In this document: positions 44,439 to 53,355 of the stretch, piece by piece | Numbering within the stretch: the first letter of the stretch is position 1 | Layout: the number at the start of each line of letters is the position of its first letter | DNA from: a virus | Length of the DNA: 64,000 nucleotides | IMG/VR virus record: IMGVR_UViG_3300029258_002856 | Strand: one strand, 5' to 3' | The notes under the pieces: model-generated | What the model saw: only the letters and a program-made list of their open reading frames with translations | What the model was told of the DNA's origin: nothing | Databases searched by the model: none | Translations under genes and position numbers: made by a program

Positions 44439-45108
44439 TGGAGTCCTCCCTTTTTTTGCCTTCGATGCGTAGCAGTCTCTCGGCAATCTCCTGCCGAGTC
44501 TTTCGTACAATTGTACGCGCTTTACACTCATTGCAGCGGAAATCGACTTGCTCTACGACGCCCTTCTCCTCGTTGATACGGTAAGAGCGTTGGTCAGGAT
44601 TAAGTCCGAACTTTTCTACAGAGAGACCCCAGCGCTCTGCGGTGAGTTCTCCCACCCGCCGCAGGGCTTCCGTAATCTCGACCTGCAAGCGCTGCACGGT
44701 ATCGTTTGCTTCTTTCAGTTCCGCGTTGACCTTTTGGAGCTCGTCATCTTCCTCGAAGATAGCAGCTGTGCGCACTGCCAGATGCCGGGAACACAGGGTA
44801 TCGGCGCGCATGCTACGAGCTGTCGCCTTTCCTACGAGTTCGAAGACTTCATCATCGAGGTCTTCCTCGGGCATTGCGAGGAGCTTGTCGACGAGTTCTC
44901 CTAATCGACCGCCCTCGACGGACAATTCGCAATCAGAGAGTCCCCGCAGAATCTTCAGTCCTTGAGGTCCCATCGGGAGGGGGTTGTATCTCGCCCGGGA
45001 TTTGTCCGCGGGAGGTTGCTCTCCCGGCGGCATCGGGGGACGCTGGGGCATCTCCCCGAAGGGCATTTGGGGCGGCATCATGGGAAGCGGCTGCGGCGCT
45101 TTCTTCAT
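44353..45108 (-). CDS. hypothetical protein (Pro-rich N-terminus, coiled coil)
   Basis: SD AAGGAG; 251 aa. Confidence 0.75.
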   Translation of the reverse strand: MKKAPQPLPMMPPQMPFGEMPQRPPMPPGEQPPADKSRARYNPLPMGPQGLKILRGLSDCELSVEGGRLGELVDKLLAMPEEDLDDEVFELVGKATARSMRADTLCSRHLAVRTAAIFEEDDELQKVNAELKEANDTVQRLQVEITEALRRVGELTAERWGLSVEKFGLNPDQRSYRINEEKGVVEQVDFRCNECKARTIVRKTRQEIAERLLRIEGKKREDSNDGTGEAGEDSGSEPQGSGEGGEAVVPE

Positions 45109-45111
45109 CGG

Positions 45112-45555
45112 TCACTCCTTGTTGGCGTAAAGCAGCACCCTTTCGTAGATGTGCTGTCCTTGAATTTCAGTCATTGGTACGACGTCTGTAACTAAAAAAG
45201 AGGCGTCCGCCAGGACTTCCTCTTCTCCATACTTGTACGGCACCCATGCATAGTAGTCGGCGTAGACCATGGAGAGAATTGGTTTCTGAAGTGCGAGGAC
45301 GTTTATCTCGTCTTCGGCTTTCAAAGGGACCACCGTGTGTGTGCGTCCGAGATGCCATCGACGGCTGACGTTTTCTATTTTGCCGGTCTCCATGGTCGAG
45401 CCGATACGTCTCCCGCCTTTGACGAGATAGATGACGTTGGAATAGCCGAGAACCGCGCCTTTCGGCGGCGTGTAGACTTCACCGGGGAGTGGGTCTACTG
45501 GCAGCGAGAAAGGTGTCTCTATCTGGCTCTTTAATGATTCGGTGGATGACGTCAT
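45112..45555 (-). CDS. hypothetical protein
   Basis: ORF in - strand operon. Confidence 0.7.
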   Translation of the reverse strand: MTSSTESLKSQIETPFSLPVDPLPGEVYTPPKGAVLGYSNVIYLVKGGRRIGSTMETGKIENVSRRWHLGRTHTVVPLKAEDEINVLALQKPILSMVYADYYAWVPYKYGEEEVLADASFLVTDVVPMTEIQGQHIYERVLLYANKE

Positions 45556-46120
45556 GGATTTTGGTCTTCAGTTCGTTCAAGGTACCATCGTTGATGATGG
45601 TGTCGAACAGTGAAGCGTCGGGTATTTGTTGCATCTCCGTTTCGCTCGGATGATTCCGTGTTCCGAGTTCGGCTTGTACGAGGTCGTAGCTCAAGGGACG
45701 AAGGAGCCGAATTAACTCACCTCCGCACATCTCAGTCACCATGGCTGCTTCGTTGAGAAAACGAACATCTGGAATGACGATGGGGCGGTTGCTGTGTGTA
45801 GTGTCGAAGAGCCCGAGACTATCTTTCCCCGTCTGCCGGAACCAGGAAATACGCCGTAAAGTATGGCGCACCCAGACTTGTTCGTCGTGAGCACGTGCGA
45901 CCTCGGTTCCGAAGGTTTGGAGGAGCTTACGCACTTCGGGAGTACGCTTTTCACTTGGACCCCATAGAGCTTCTTGAGTAACGGTTTCAGGGAATATTTG
46001 CAGGATATAACTCTTGAGAGGGTCGGCGAAGGACATTTTCACCGCGTTGTAATTCTCCTGGAGAATACCGGCGATGGTGTCTTTGCCGGAGTTGATTTGG
46101 CCTGTGATGCCGACAATCAT
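45479..46120 (-). CDS. deoxynucleoside monophosphate kinase
   Basis: IVGITGQINSGKDT P-loop, SFADPLK, LQTFGTE..R, IPDVRF.NE, H.SET. Confidence 0.9.
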   Translation of the reverse strand: MIVGITGQINSGKDTIAGILQENYNAVKMSFADPLKSYILQIFPETVTQEALWGPSEKRTPEVRKLLQTFGTEVARAHDEQVWVRHTLRRISWFRQTGKDSLGLFDTTHSNRPIVIPDVRFLNEAAMVTEMCGGELIRLLRPLSYDLVQAELGTRNHPSETEMQQIPDASLFDTIINDGTLNELKTKIHDVIHRIIKEPDRDTFLAASRPTPR

Positions 46121-46437
46121 TCCTGTTCCTCTTCGCCCTCTTCTTTTTCGGGTTCGGGCAGGTCCACCTCGTCTTCGGTTTCCACCTCGTCGGTATGTGC
46201 AAACGGCTCGATGTCGTCGATATTGATGAGAAGAACGCGCTTGCCTCCGACGAGTGCGCCGTACACAGGGATGCTGCCCGACTCGGGGAGTGCGAAGTCG
46301 AGGGAGATACGCTTCTCGTCAACGCGGGGAAGTTGGTCTTCCCAGATGCCATCGGCAATCAGGAGGCCCCCTGTTTGGGTGTCTACATACCCAATCAGCT
46401 TGCCTTCTTCGGTGAAAAGATTAGATGCGTCGTCCAT
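46117..46437 (-). CDS. acidic hypothetical protein
   Basis: SD AGGAG; coupled to kinase. Confidence 0.75.
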   Translation of the reverse strand: MDDASNLFTEEGKLIGYVDTQTGGLLIADGIWEDQLPRVDEKRISLDFALPESGSIPVYGALVGGKRVLLINIDDIEPFAHTDEVETEDEVDLPEPEKEEGEEEQE

Positions 46438-46497
46438 GCTTTAGCTCCTGTGGTGCGTTTACGAACGTTAACAGACTTTAACGCCTGACGGAAGAAC

Positions 46498-46525
46498 AAA
46501 AAAAGAGCCCGCGTTGCACGGGCTC
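46498..46525 (-). terminator. intrinsic terminator
   Basis: GAGCCCG/CGGGCTC stem plus T-tract on - strand. Confidence 0.8.
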
Positions 46526-46953
46526 GGTACTCACTTGCTGAGGGTAGAACAGGAAGAGAGACCGCTCGGCTTCTTTTGTACGAAGTACACTTCTCCGCCC
46601 CGGAGTTACTCCGGGAAAATTAGCAATTCCAAGTGAGTCATGGTTCCCGTATTGCTGAGAGGAGGGAGCTACCCGGCGGAGCGACGCTGTAAGCAGTTGG
46701 AATGCTTCATCTTCTCAGGCCGCCGCGGCCCGGACGCCTCGAACTGGAGCGCTGCTAAGCGCAGGCTCCGATTCCTGGAGTTACTCCAGGTGCCTACTGA
46801 GTTAAATAGGCTCCAATACGAGAGGGGGGTTTTTGCACTAGCTGGTTTTCCGGCCGGAGCACCAGGTCCTCGGCAGGCCGTCGGATCGATTGCGTCGAAG
46901 ACGCGAAGTGCCCTACCGTAGTTACTACGGTACTTGTTGCGGCTCCTAGTGCT
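46498..46953 (-). ncRNA. candidate structured ncRNA or hairpin control region with three G-UAA-C triloop stems
   Basis: No credible ORF; perfect hairpins at 46599-46615, 46774-46790, 46914-46932; ends in terminator. Confidence 0.45.
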
Positions 46954-47784
46954 TTACAGTGGACGCTCCAGCAGTCCTGGAAAGACCATCGAAGCCTTCC
47001 TGCTGATTTGATTCTTGTACCACGGACTTCTGCGAGAACCTGGCCAATACAAGGAAGGCCGCCGAGTGTTGTAGAACTCGCCGCGATAGGCCATTTCATC
47101 GAAGACTTTCTGTACTCCGGGTACGAGGGTAAGGAACTCCTTGATTTCCTTCCATGACATTTTCCAGACGGACTTCACGATTTGGGCTGGCCCCAAGTCG
47201 ACCTTGCGCTTTCCGAATTGGGGGTGCTGCACCATCTGTTTGATTTCATCGAGGGAGTGACTGATGGAGGCCGGGGGACGCTTGATGATTTTTCGTTTGT
47301 ACGCGAATGTGCGGGGGTTAGGACCGATGGCACATCTATCGAAGCGGGATTCGGAAATCATGATGCCAATGGCTTCGCGCTTGTCGACGCGTACGTAGGT
47401 GCCATTTCGCAACTGGTATTCGGTTTTTCTTGCGGCTTCGTTGATGGCTGCCGCCCACTCCAGTGCGGCCGGTTTGATGTCCTCCTTGGCGTATCTCTCG
47501 CCGCACTCGTGCCAAATGCCGTGGTCGTATTTAACCTTCCATTTGAATATCCGCTTGGCGAGCGCGACATCTTCCGGGTCGAATATTTCCTCCGGCGGAG
47601 GAGGAAGCGTGGTGATTTCCACGACTTCGAGGGATTGCTCTTCTTCGATGGAAGGTTCCTCTACGGGAACCATCTGTTCAACAACTGTGACTGGTTTGGG
47701 TTCTGCGTCAGCCGCGGTCTGGATGGGAGCTTGTTTGGCACAGCCAATAGCCAGGACCATGAAACATAGAATCGTCGTGCGCAT
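46954..47784 (-). CDS. lipoprotein with lytic-transglycosylase/lysozyme-like domain
   Basis: Lipobox LAIG-C at residue 15; IMISESRFDRCAIG and DLGPAQI motifs. Confidence 0.55.
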   Translation of the reverse strand: MRTTILCFMVLAIGCAKQAPIQTAADAEPKPVTVVEQMVPVEEPSIEEEQSLEVVEITTLPPPPEEIFDPEDVALAKRIFKWKVKYDHGIWHECGERYAKEDIKPAALEWAAAINEAARKTEYQLRNGTYVRVDKREAIGIMISESRFDRCAIGPNPRTFAYKRKIIKRPPASISHSLDEIKQMVQHPQFGKRKVDLGPAQIVKSVWKMSWKEIKEFLTLVPGVQKVFDEMAYRGEFYNTRRPSLYWPGSRRSPWYKNQISRKASMVFPGLLERPL

Positions 47785-47870
47785 GCAATTTGACCTCCTT
47801 CATCGAGCCCACAAGCGACTTTTCCCCCAGCTCGATGTATTTGGTGATTTCGGAAATTATAGGGGAAGAA

Positions 47871-48236
47871 TCAGGATTCGTTCTGCACGGCTTCTTTGAA
47901 GTAGTTCCAGACCTCTTGGGTTACTGCATCGAACCCTTCTTTGCCGCCCTTGTCTTCCGGGAAGTAGTACCGATTGTTGCAGTTCTCGAGGTATACGGCG
48001 GCGATTACTTCCTCGATTTCCAGCCCGTGGTCGCGGGCGTACATCTTGAGGTACTTGTTGAGCGCCTCGGTGCAACGGCCAACACGGATGAAGAAGTCCT
48101 TCTTCTGTGCGTCGGCCATTGCCTGCTGAGCTTTCTCGGGGTCCTGTTTCTGCCCCTCGAACTTGAGAGCGTCTACTTCCACCCAACCCCCCTTGCCGTC
48201 AGGCATTTGGGTTTTGGTCTTTTCACCTTCGGACAT
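47871..48236 (-). CDS. hypothetical protein
   Basis: ORF in - strand operon. Confidence 0.75.
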   Translation of the reverse strand: MSEGEKTKTQMPDGKGGWVEVDALKFEGQKQDPEKAQQAMADAQKKDFFIRVGRCTEALNKYLKMYARDHGLEIEEVIAAVYLENCNNRYYFPEDKGGKEGFDAVTQEVWNYFKEAVQNES

Positions 48237-48503
48237 TTAGGCCACCTGTTTTTTCAGTGCCCGGAAGTTCGGGCAGTTGGGCACCACCTGGTCCTTATGC
48301 ACGATGGTCGGGATTACCCGAGCTTGCGGGGTAGGCTCTACCTTGGCCCCCGGAGGATAGACATGTTTGCCCACCCGATTGGCCGGGAAGATGGTCTTCG
48401 CCAGGCAGTAGGCGCGGGTCAGCTTGATGACCTTCCCGCCTTTGATGCCTTTTTCCAGCGGCCAGAATCGCGCGCATTTTCCACAAGCTTTTTCGGCGGA
48501 CAT
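48237..48503 (-). CDS. small Cys-containing protein
   Basis: CGKCARF...YC...CPNF. Confidence 0.75.
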   Translation of the reverse strand: MSAEKACGKCARFWPLEKGIKGGKVIKLTRAYCLAKTIFPANRVGKHVYPPGAKVEPTPQARVIPTIVHKDQVVPNCPNFRALKKQVA

Positions 48504-48504
48504 T

Positions 48505-48960
48505 TTACCCTCTCCTGTAAACGCGGGTTTTGTATTTAGATAATAAATCTGTAATCGGGAGTTTCGTCAAGGCATAACCGATTCTCCGGAAGACAGCTTC
48601 TTCGTTTTTATCGTCATTTCCCACGTAAACACAGACACTTCCGTTTGACTGTTTAAGTACTAATTCATCTGCGGTAGGAGAGGCAGGCTCGTTTGGTGCA
48701 AAGATGCGAACCCCGTTTTTCTCGAGTTCCTCCTGGTGTTCACGGTTAACGGCGTAAAGCAGCGCTACGAGGTGCGGACCGATTTTTTTGGGGTCCTTGA
48801 TACCTCTGATTTCGATGACGTAGGTCTCGCCATCTAGCTGCGCGGTTGGCTCATTGATGCGCCCCGACTCAGTATCGATTTCGTCAAAGGCGGATTTGAA
48901 TTTCGGCTTTTTCTTTTTCTTCTTGGCGAAGGGGTTGAAGATACCCGGGGTTTTGGTCAT
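48505..48960 (-). CDS. hypothetical protein
   Basis: Coupled ORF. Confidence 0.75.
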   Translation of the reverse strand: MTKTPGIFNPFAKKKKKKPKFKSAFDEIDTESGRINEPTAQLDGETYVIEIRGIKDPKKIGPHLVALLYAVNREHQEELEKNGVRIFAPNEPASPTADELVLKQSNGSVCVYVGNDDKNEEAVFRRIGYALTKLPITDLLSKYKTRVYRRG

Positions 48961-49226
48961 GCGCCAACTCCCTTGACGACCTCTCGCAGGTAGGGGTCGG
49001 TACAGTCGTCATGGGCAAGCTCGAACTCTTTCATGAGGTACGACCCGACAGCCTGGAGGTTCATAGGGTGACGCCCGAGACGCTCTACGATGAAGACCAT
49101 ATGAACCCGGTGTCCTGGCTTGAGCTTTTGACGACAACGTACGCAGGTATCGCTTGTGGTCCGAGCGCCGAGTTCTTCTTTGGTTGCGGGGCGTGTGTCA
49201 GCCATGAATCTCGTTCCATTCTGCAA
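48957..49226 (-). CDS. zinc-finger-like protein
   Basis: CVRC...H..C. Confidence 0.7.
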   Translation of the reverse strand: MQNGTRFMADTRPATKEELGARTTSDTCVRCRQKLKPGHRVHMVFIVERLGRHPMNLQAVGSYLMKEFELAHDDCTDPYLREVVKGVGA

Positions 49227-49581
49227 GGGCGCGTTTTGCGCCAGTCAGGAGCCAGTGATTACGTTTGACCTCATGGGGATACTTGAACGTGAAGTCCTTG
49301 AAGCCAGGAGGAACGTACACCCGGATAGGAGGGTCCCCGTTGTCAGGGTTGGCAATCTTTTCTTTGAGGTAGAGTTTCTCTGCGACTCGAAAGAGGGCCG
49401 CATCCACGGTGGTTTCTACGTCTGGCCCCACCGTATGCACCAGCGCGAGAAGTTTCTCTCGCATGTGAGAAAGTGTCATCGCGTAGGTGCTGAAGTGAGG
49501 ACGAGTGCGCTGGTACCAGCACGTCGCTGCGACGGTTACCGGTTCGTCCTGTTTGATTGCCAGGCCAACTAGGAAACGCAC
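49198..49581 (-). CDS. hypothetical protein
   Basis: ORF in - strand operon. Confidence 0.7.
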   Translation of the reverse strand: MRFLVGLAIKQDEPVTVAATCWYQRTRPHFSTYAMTLSHMREKLLALVHTVGPDVETTVDAALFRVAEKLYLKEKIANPDNGDPPIRVYVPPGFKDFTFKYPHEVKRNHWLLTGAKRALAEWNEIHG

Positions 49582-49584
49582 GGC

Positions 49585-49740
49585 TTACAGCTTGCCAAGC
49601 TCCCGAAGGAGTTTCTTGGTCATGCGGAGTTCGGTCCCGCAGTATTTGCACTTGCCTTTGTCTCCAACCTTGGCAACGATTTTTCCGTTGCAGCGCTTCT
49701 TGGGGCAGGGAACAACTTTTGAACCGAGTGGACGTGCCAT
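49585..49740 (-). CDS. small basic zinc-ribbon protein (51 aa)
   Basis: SD GAGGAGG; MARPLGSK..PCP..RC...CKYC; below ORF-track cutoff. Confidence 0.7.
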   Translation of the reverse strand: MARPLGSKVVPCPKKRCNGKIVAKVGDKGKCKYCGTELRMTKKLLRELGKL

Positions 49741-49766
49741 GATGCTAACCTCCTCTAAACGCTTCT

Positions 49767-51983
49767 TTATGAGCGTAAACCCGTCTTAACAAAGGTTTGT
49801 ACTCGTGTAAAGTCGTCAGTGAGTCGGGTGTAGCCGGTGGCAAGGACAGCCTTCTTTCCGTACCCCATACTTTTTCGTTTTGTCGGGTCCGAAATAGCAG
49901 AGATATGTTCGATAATTTTCTGGTGCCGAGAGTCGTTGGAAGTTCCGGTCCAGATACGGGGGTCGAGGATTGCCACGACCCCGAAATCTTTCTTGGTGCG
50001 GATGAGCCTGCCAACCCCTTGCTTCAGGTCGAACACCATTCGTGGGATGTAGACTTCCGTGAACCAGTTGTCTCCTGCGCGTTCCTTGAGAGAGGAGATT
50101 ACGGGGTCGTTGACGTGTGGGAATGGGAACTTCGGGATGATGACGAGACGTAGCTTCTCTCCCACTACGTCAACGCCTTCCCAGAAGGTCTTCAGGCCAT
50201 AGAGGACGCTGTGGTCGTTTTCGCGGTAGCGGTCGAGTGCGTGGGACGCGTCTCCGTCTTGAACAACGAGGTGCACGTCTGGTTGTGCGAAGCGGGGGTC
50301 TGTACGCCGTAAAGCTAGCACTTCCTCCAGGTCGCTGCGCGCAGTGAAGAGTACGAAAGCGTCCCCTTTGGTGACATTCGTCAGGAAGACAATCTCTTCT
50401 GTGACACTTCGAATCCACTGCTCCCGGATGTCGGGGTCGGCCTTCATCTGCGCGGGAAGTGGGATGTGGCGAGGCATGTAGAGCATTGCTTGTCTGTGCA
50501 AGTCGAAGGGGCTCTCGTATATGCGTTCTGTTACCTCACCCTCCGGCAACCCAAGTTCTCCTCGGATGAACGAGAAGTCTTTTCCTAGCGCGAGGGTCGC
50601 GGACATGATGATTTTTTTGTGAACTGCTTCGAGTTGTGGCCCAACCAAGGTTCCAATCTCAATAGGTTGCAAAACGAATTTACCGGTTTCCACTGTGAGA
50701 ACATAGTTGGAAACTAAAGCCCCCTGCGGCTGGTCCAGGAGAGATGCGTTTTCCTGGCGGCTATCGGAAACGATCTCATTCATGTCTTTGGGTTTCAGAT
50801 GTCCTGCGGCGATGGCGAACTCCGCCATGTTTTGTATAACGTTTACGATTTGCCGCAGTTCGGAAAGACAGTAGTAAACTTCTCCGGGGTCTTGAATCAC
50901 CGCATCGTACTGCTCGTTCAGGATGTATACACGATGTAGCTGTCGCGTAGTGGCGATGAACTTGTTAAGGTTGTCCTTTGCTTGGAGCAAGATGGCGTTC
51001 ATCAGCGAATGCACGTGATTCCGGTCCTTGATAATGCCGGTATCGTTGTCGCGGTACTGGGCGGCCTGATTCTCCGCGGTGTCGTAGAACTTCTTGAGCT
51101 TCTTGAGTCGCTTTACCGCTTCTCGGGAAGACATGACGTCTGCGTCGTCGATGGCAACCTGAAGAAGCTCGTTGTTCTCGATACTCTTGATAGCGCGTTC
51201 GATACCTTTACGCCCCATGGTCTTCGTGAACGCTGACCGAAAAGCGGTGGGCGCTTTGTGCGCTTCGTCGATGATGAGTGTGTCGTAGTGCCCCAGTAAC
51301 CATCCAGGGGTTCTCGAGAGGTCAATGGCGAGTAGGTAGTGGTTGACGATAAGGAGCTGTGCCTTCTCCGGGTGGAGTCGGCAATCCTCGTAGTATCGGC
51401 AATTAGAGCCTGTGCAGTTCTTGACTGAAACTTTCGGCCACCACCAGGGGCGCGTTCCATCCCAGTCAGTGATATCGGCGGGAATACGCTTTTCCCGTGC
51501 GATGGCGATAAAGGTCTCAAACGCCTTCTTGTCCTCTTCCGGGACTTCCTTGGCTAACTTCCAGCATGCGTAATTGTCTGCGCCTTTATAGAGAAGTGCC
51601 GTAGCAGGACTCAGGCCCATTTTACGCAGTAAAGTATGCGTGTCCTTGTAGTAGAGCTGGTGCTGTAGTCCCTTAGTAGACGTCGAGATTACTATTCGGT
51701 GCCCTTGGAGACGAAGGAGAGAAGGGACCAAATAGGCAAAACTTTTGCCGATTCCGGTGCCTCCTTCAGCGAGAAGTGTTTGGTTACGCTTCGTGGTGAG
51801 AATCGCCTCTATGTCTTGCGCCATTCTAATTTGAGTGGGGCGTTTCTCTTTGGCGAGGTCGTATTTGCCGTGCTCAAAGACATCCGACACGGTGGCCTGC
51901 AAAGGCTGCCCGCAGACGGTGCACGCTGTTATTTCGGGTGCTTTGTCGTAGGGCAGAATGATTTCACATTCTGGGCAGTACAC
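49767..51983 (-). CDS. dinG: DinG/YoaA-family ATP-dependent helicase
   Basis: AEGGTGIGKS (Walker A), IIDEAH, SATL, FWEGVDV, QGVGRLIR; four Cys consistent with an Fe-S cluster. Confidence 0.92.
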   Translation of the reverse strand: MYCPECEIILPYDKAPEITACTVCGQPLQATVSDVFEHGKYDLAKEKRPTQIRMAQDIEAILTTKRNQTLLAEGGTGIGKSFAYLVPSLLRLQGHRIVISTSTKGLQHQLYYKDTHTLLRKMGLSPATALLYKGADNYACWKLAKEVPEEDKKAFETFIAIAREKRIPADITDWDGTRPWWWPKVSVKNCTGSNCRYYEDCRLHPEKAQLLIVNHYLLAIDLSRTPGWLLGHYDTLIIDEAHKAPTAFRSAFTKTMGRKGIERAIKSIENNELLQVAIDDADVMSSREAVKRLKKLKKFYDTAENQAAQYRDNDTGIIKDRNHVHSLMNAILLQAKDNLNKFIATTRQLHRVYILNEQYDAVIQDPGEVYYCLSELRQIVNVIQNMAEFAIAAGHLKPKDMNEIVSDSRQENASLLDQPQGALVSNYVLTVETGKFVLQPIEIGTLVGPQLEAVHKKIIMSATLALGKDFSFIRGELGLPEGEVTERIYESPFDLHRQAMLYMPRHIPLPAQMKADPDIREQWIRSVTEEIVFLTNVTKGDAFVLFTARSDLEEVLALRRTDPRFAQPDVHLVVQDGDASHALDRYRENDHSVLYGLKTFWEGVDVVGEKLRLVIIPKFPFPHVNDPVISSLKERAGDNWFTEVYIPRMVFDLKQGVGRLIRTKKDFGVVAILDPRIWTGTSNDSRHQKIIEHISAISDPTKRKSMGYGKKAVLATGYTRLTDDFTRVQTFVKTGLRS

Positions 51984-51985
51984 GG

Positions 51986-52564
51986 TTACAATCTCCTGGC
52001 GTATCTCTTGGCCTTCCGGAAGTGCGAGATGAAGGCGTCTTCAATTTCATTACCGCGGTTGCGCATGACAAACGCAGGGTGAAACGTGAGTAGCGCTACC
52101 ACGTCTTTCTTCTGTCCGTAGTCCCATCGGAAGTTGACGACTCTTCCGGCGTTCTTGGTAACGCCGATTTTGTAGGGGGGTTGATGCAAGGCGAACGCCT
52201 GTGCGTACTTCCCCAGGCACACGATGACTTTTGGCTTGATGACCTTCAGTTGGTGTAGCAGGAAGGGGCGGCAATTCTTGAGTTCCTCTAACGTGGGGTC
52301 TCGATTCTCGGGGGGACGACACTTCAGCATGTTGAGGATATGATAATCCCCGGCGCGGAGCCCACCGACGTAGGCGTCAGCACGCAATAATTGCCCGGAG
52401 GCACCACAGAAGGGACTCCCTTTCTCATCTTCTAGCCGTCCAGGGGCTTCTCCGAGGAAAACGATAGGGCATGGGATAGGTCCTTCCCCCGGGACTACTT
52501 GGGTCCGGGTGGCTGCTAACTCCAGACACGCATCACAGTTACGTAGCTTTTCGATAAACCGCAT
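51986..52564 (-). CDS. uracil-DNA glycosylase, family 4
   Basis: CDAC, GEAPG..ED..G.PF.G.SG, KCRPPENRDP, HPA motifs. Confidence 0.92.
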   Translation of the reverse strand: MRFIEKLRNCDACLELAATRTQVVPGEGPIPCPIVFLGEAPGRLEDEKGSPFCGASGQLLRADAYVGGLRAGDYHILNMLKCRPPENRDPTLEELKNCRPFLLHQLKVIKPKVIVCLGKYAQAFALHQPPYKIGVTKNAGRVVNFRWDYGQKKDVVALLTFHPAFVMRNRGNEIEDAFISHFRKAKRYARRL

Positions 52565-52593
52565 AGATACCCCTCGGGTCGGTTGTGGACTTT

Positions 52594-52602
52594 CTTATAC
52601 CA
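52594..52602 (-). promoter_or_regulatory. TGGTATAAG putative promoter element
   Basis: - strand copy of the recurrent motif upstream of UDG, in divergent intergenic region. Confidence 0.5.
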
Positions 52603-52646
52603 GCCTTTTTGTGTATAGTGTCCCGTAAACGCGCAAGGAGGACCTA

Positions 52647-53300
52647 ATGGCTGGAACAAGTGAGGATGGGCGTCCCCGGATTGGGGATGATTCGGACTTC
52701 TCTGGACCCCCCAATAATGAGCCGCGAACTCCGAAAGCTCCGGAGATGGAGGAGGGACAGGCGGAGAAAATTGAGGAATCGCTGGCGGAGATAGATGATG
52801 CCCTTGACGACATCGAAAACCCGAAACCCAAGAGTCCCCAAGAACTGGCGAAGCGGTATCGAGAGAATCTCGAAACTCTCGGGGTATCCAAGGATGAAGC
52901 GCTCCGAATTCAGGAGAGTGTCACCGTAGACGGGTACCACGAAGAGACCGTCTATATGGGCCGTATTCCGGTACGACTGCGTACGCGGCTCTACCTAGAT
53001 ACGCGTCGGGTTTACCAGGAGCTGGAGAACAAGCGGTTAGACCTTCCAGCATCTATCCAGGATTTCATTAGTCGCTACAACATGGTCGGGTCTCTGGTGT
53101 CTGTCGGGAAACGCAAATATCCCCATGTAGATGACCCGATGGAAGCCAGCGATGAAGAGATTGACAATGCGTTCGAGCAGCGCTTGAAGATGGTCGATAA
53201 GCTGAACGACACGGTTGTGGCTCGACTTATGGCGTTGGTTTTTGAGTTTGACGAGAAGATTCGCGCTGTCTTCGCGGAGGGTGCCCCGCAGGATTTTTAA
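52647..53300 (+). CDS. tail assembly chaperone (lambda gpG-like)
   Basis: SD AAGGAGG; lies two ORFs upstream of the tape measure gene; ends in slippery G GAT TTT TAA. Confidence 0.7.
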   Translation: MAGTSEDGRPRIGDDSDFSGPPNNEPRTPKAPEMEEGQAEKIEESLAEIDDALDDIENPKPKSPQELAKRYRENLETLGVSKDEALRIQESVTVDGYHEETVYMGRIPVRLRTRLYLDTRRVYQELENKRLDLPASIQDFISRYNMVGSLVSVGKRKYPHVDDPMEASDEEIDNAFEQRLKMVDKLNDTVVARLMALVFEFDEKIRAVFAEGAPQDF

Positions 53301-53355
53301 ATTCGGCAATGGGGCACACGCGGGCGTATGCCTACGTGCATAATGCTCCCTTGCC
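53291..53355 (+). promoter_or_regulatory. -1 programmed ribosomal frameshift signal
   Basis: Heptamer GGATTTT 53291-53297, 7-nt spacer, long stem-loop 53305-53355; -1 frame is continuous with 53309..53692. Confidence 0.8.

Noticed and set aside
46797-46812. GTTAAATAG resembling a pistol ribozyme segment
   Set aside because: It lies in a simple GCCTA/TAGGC hairpin on the strand opposite the terminator, without the pistol pseudoknot
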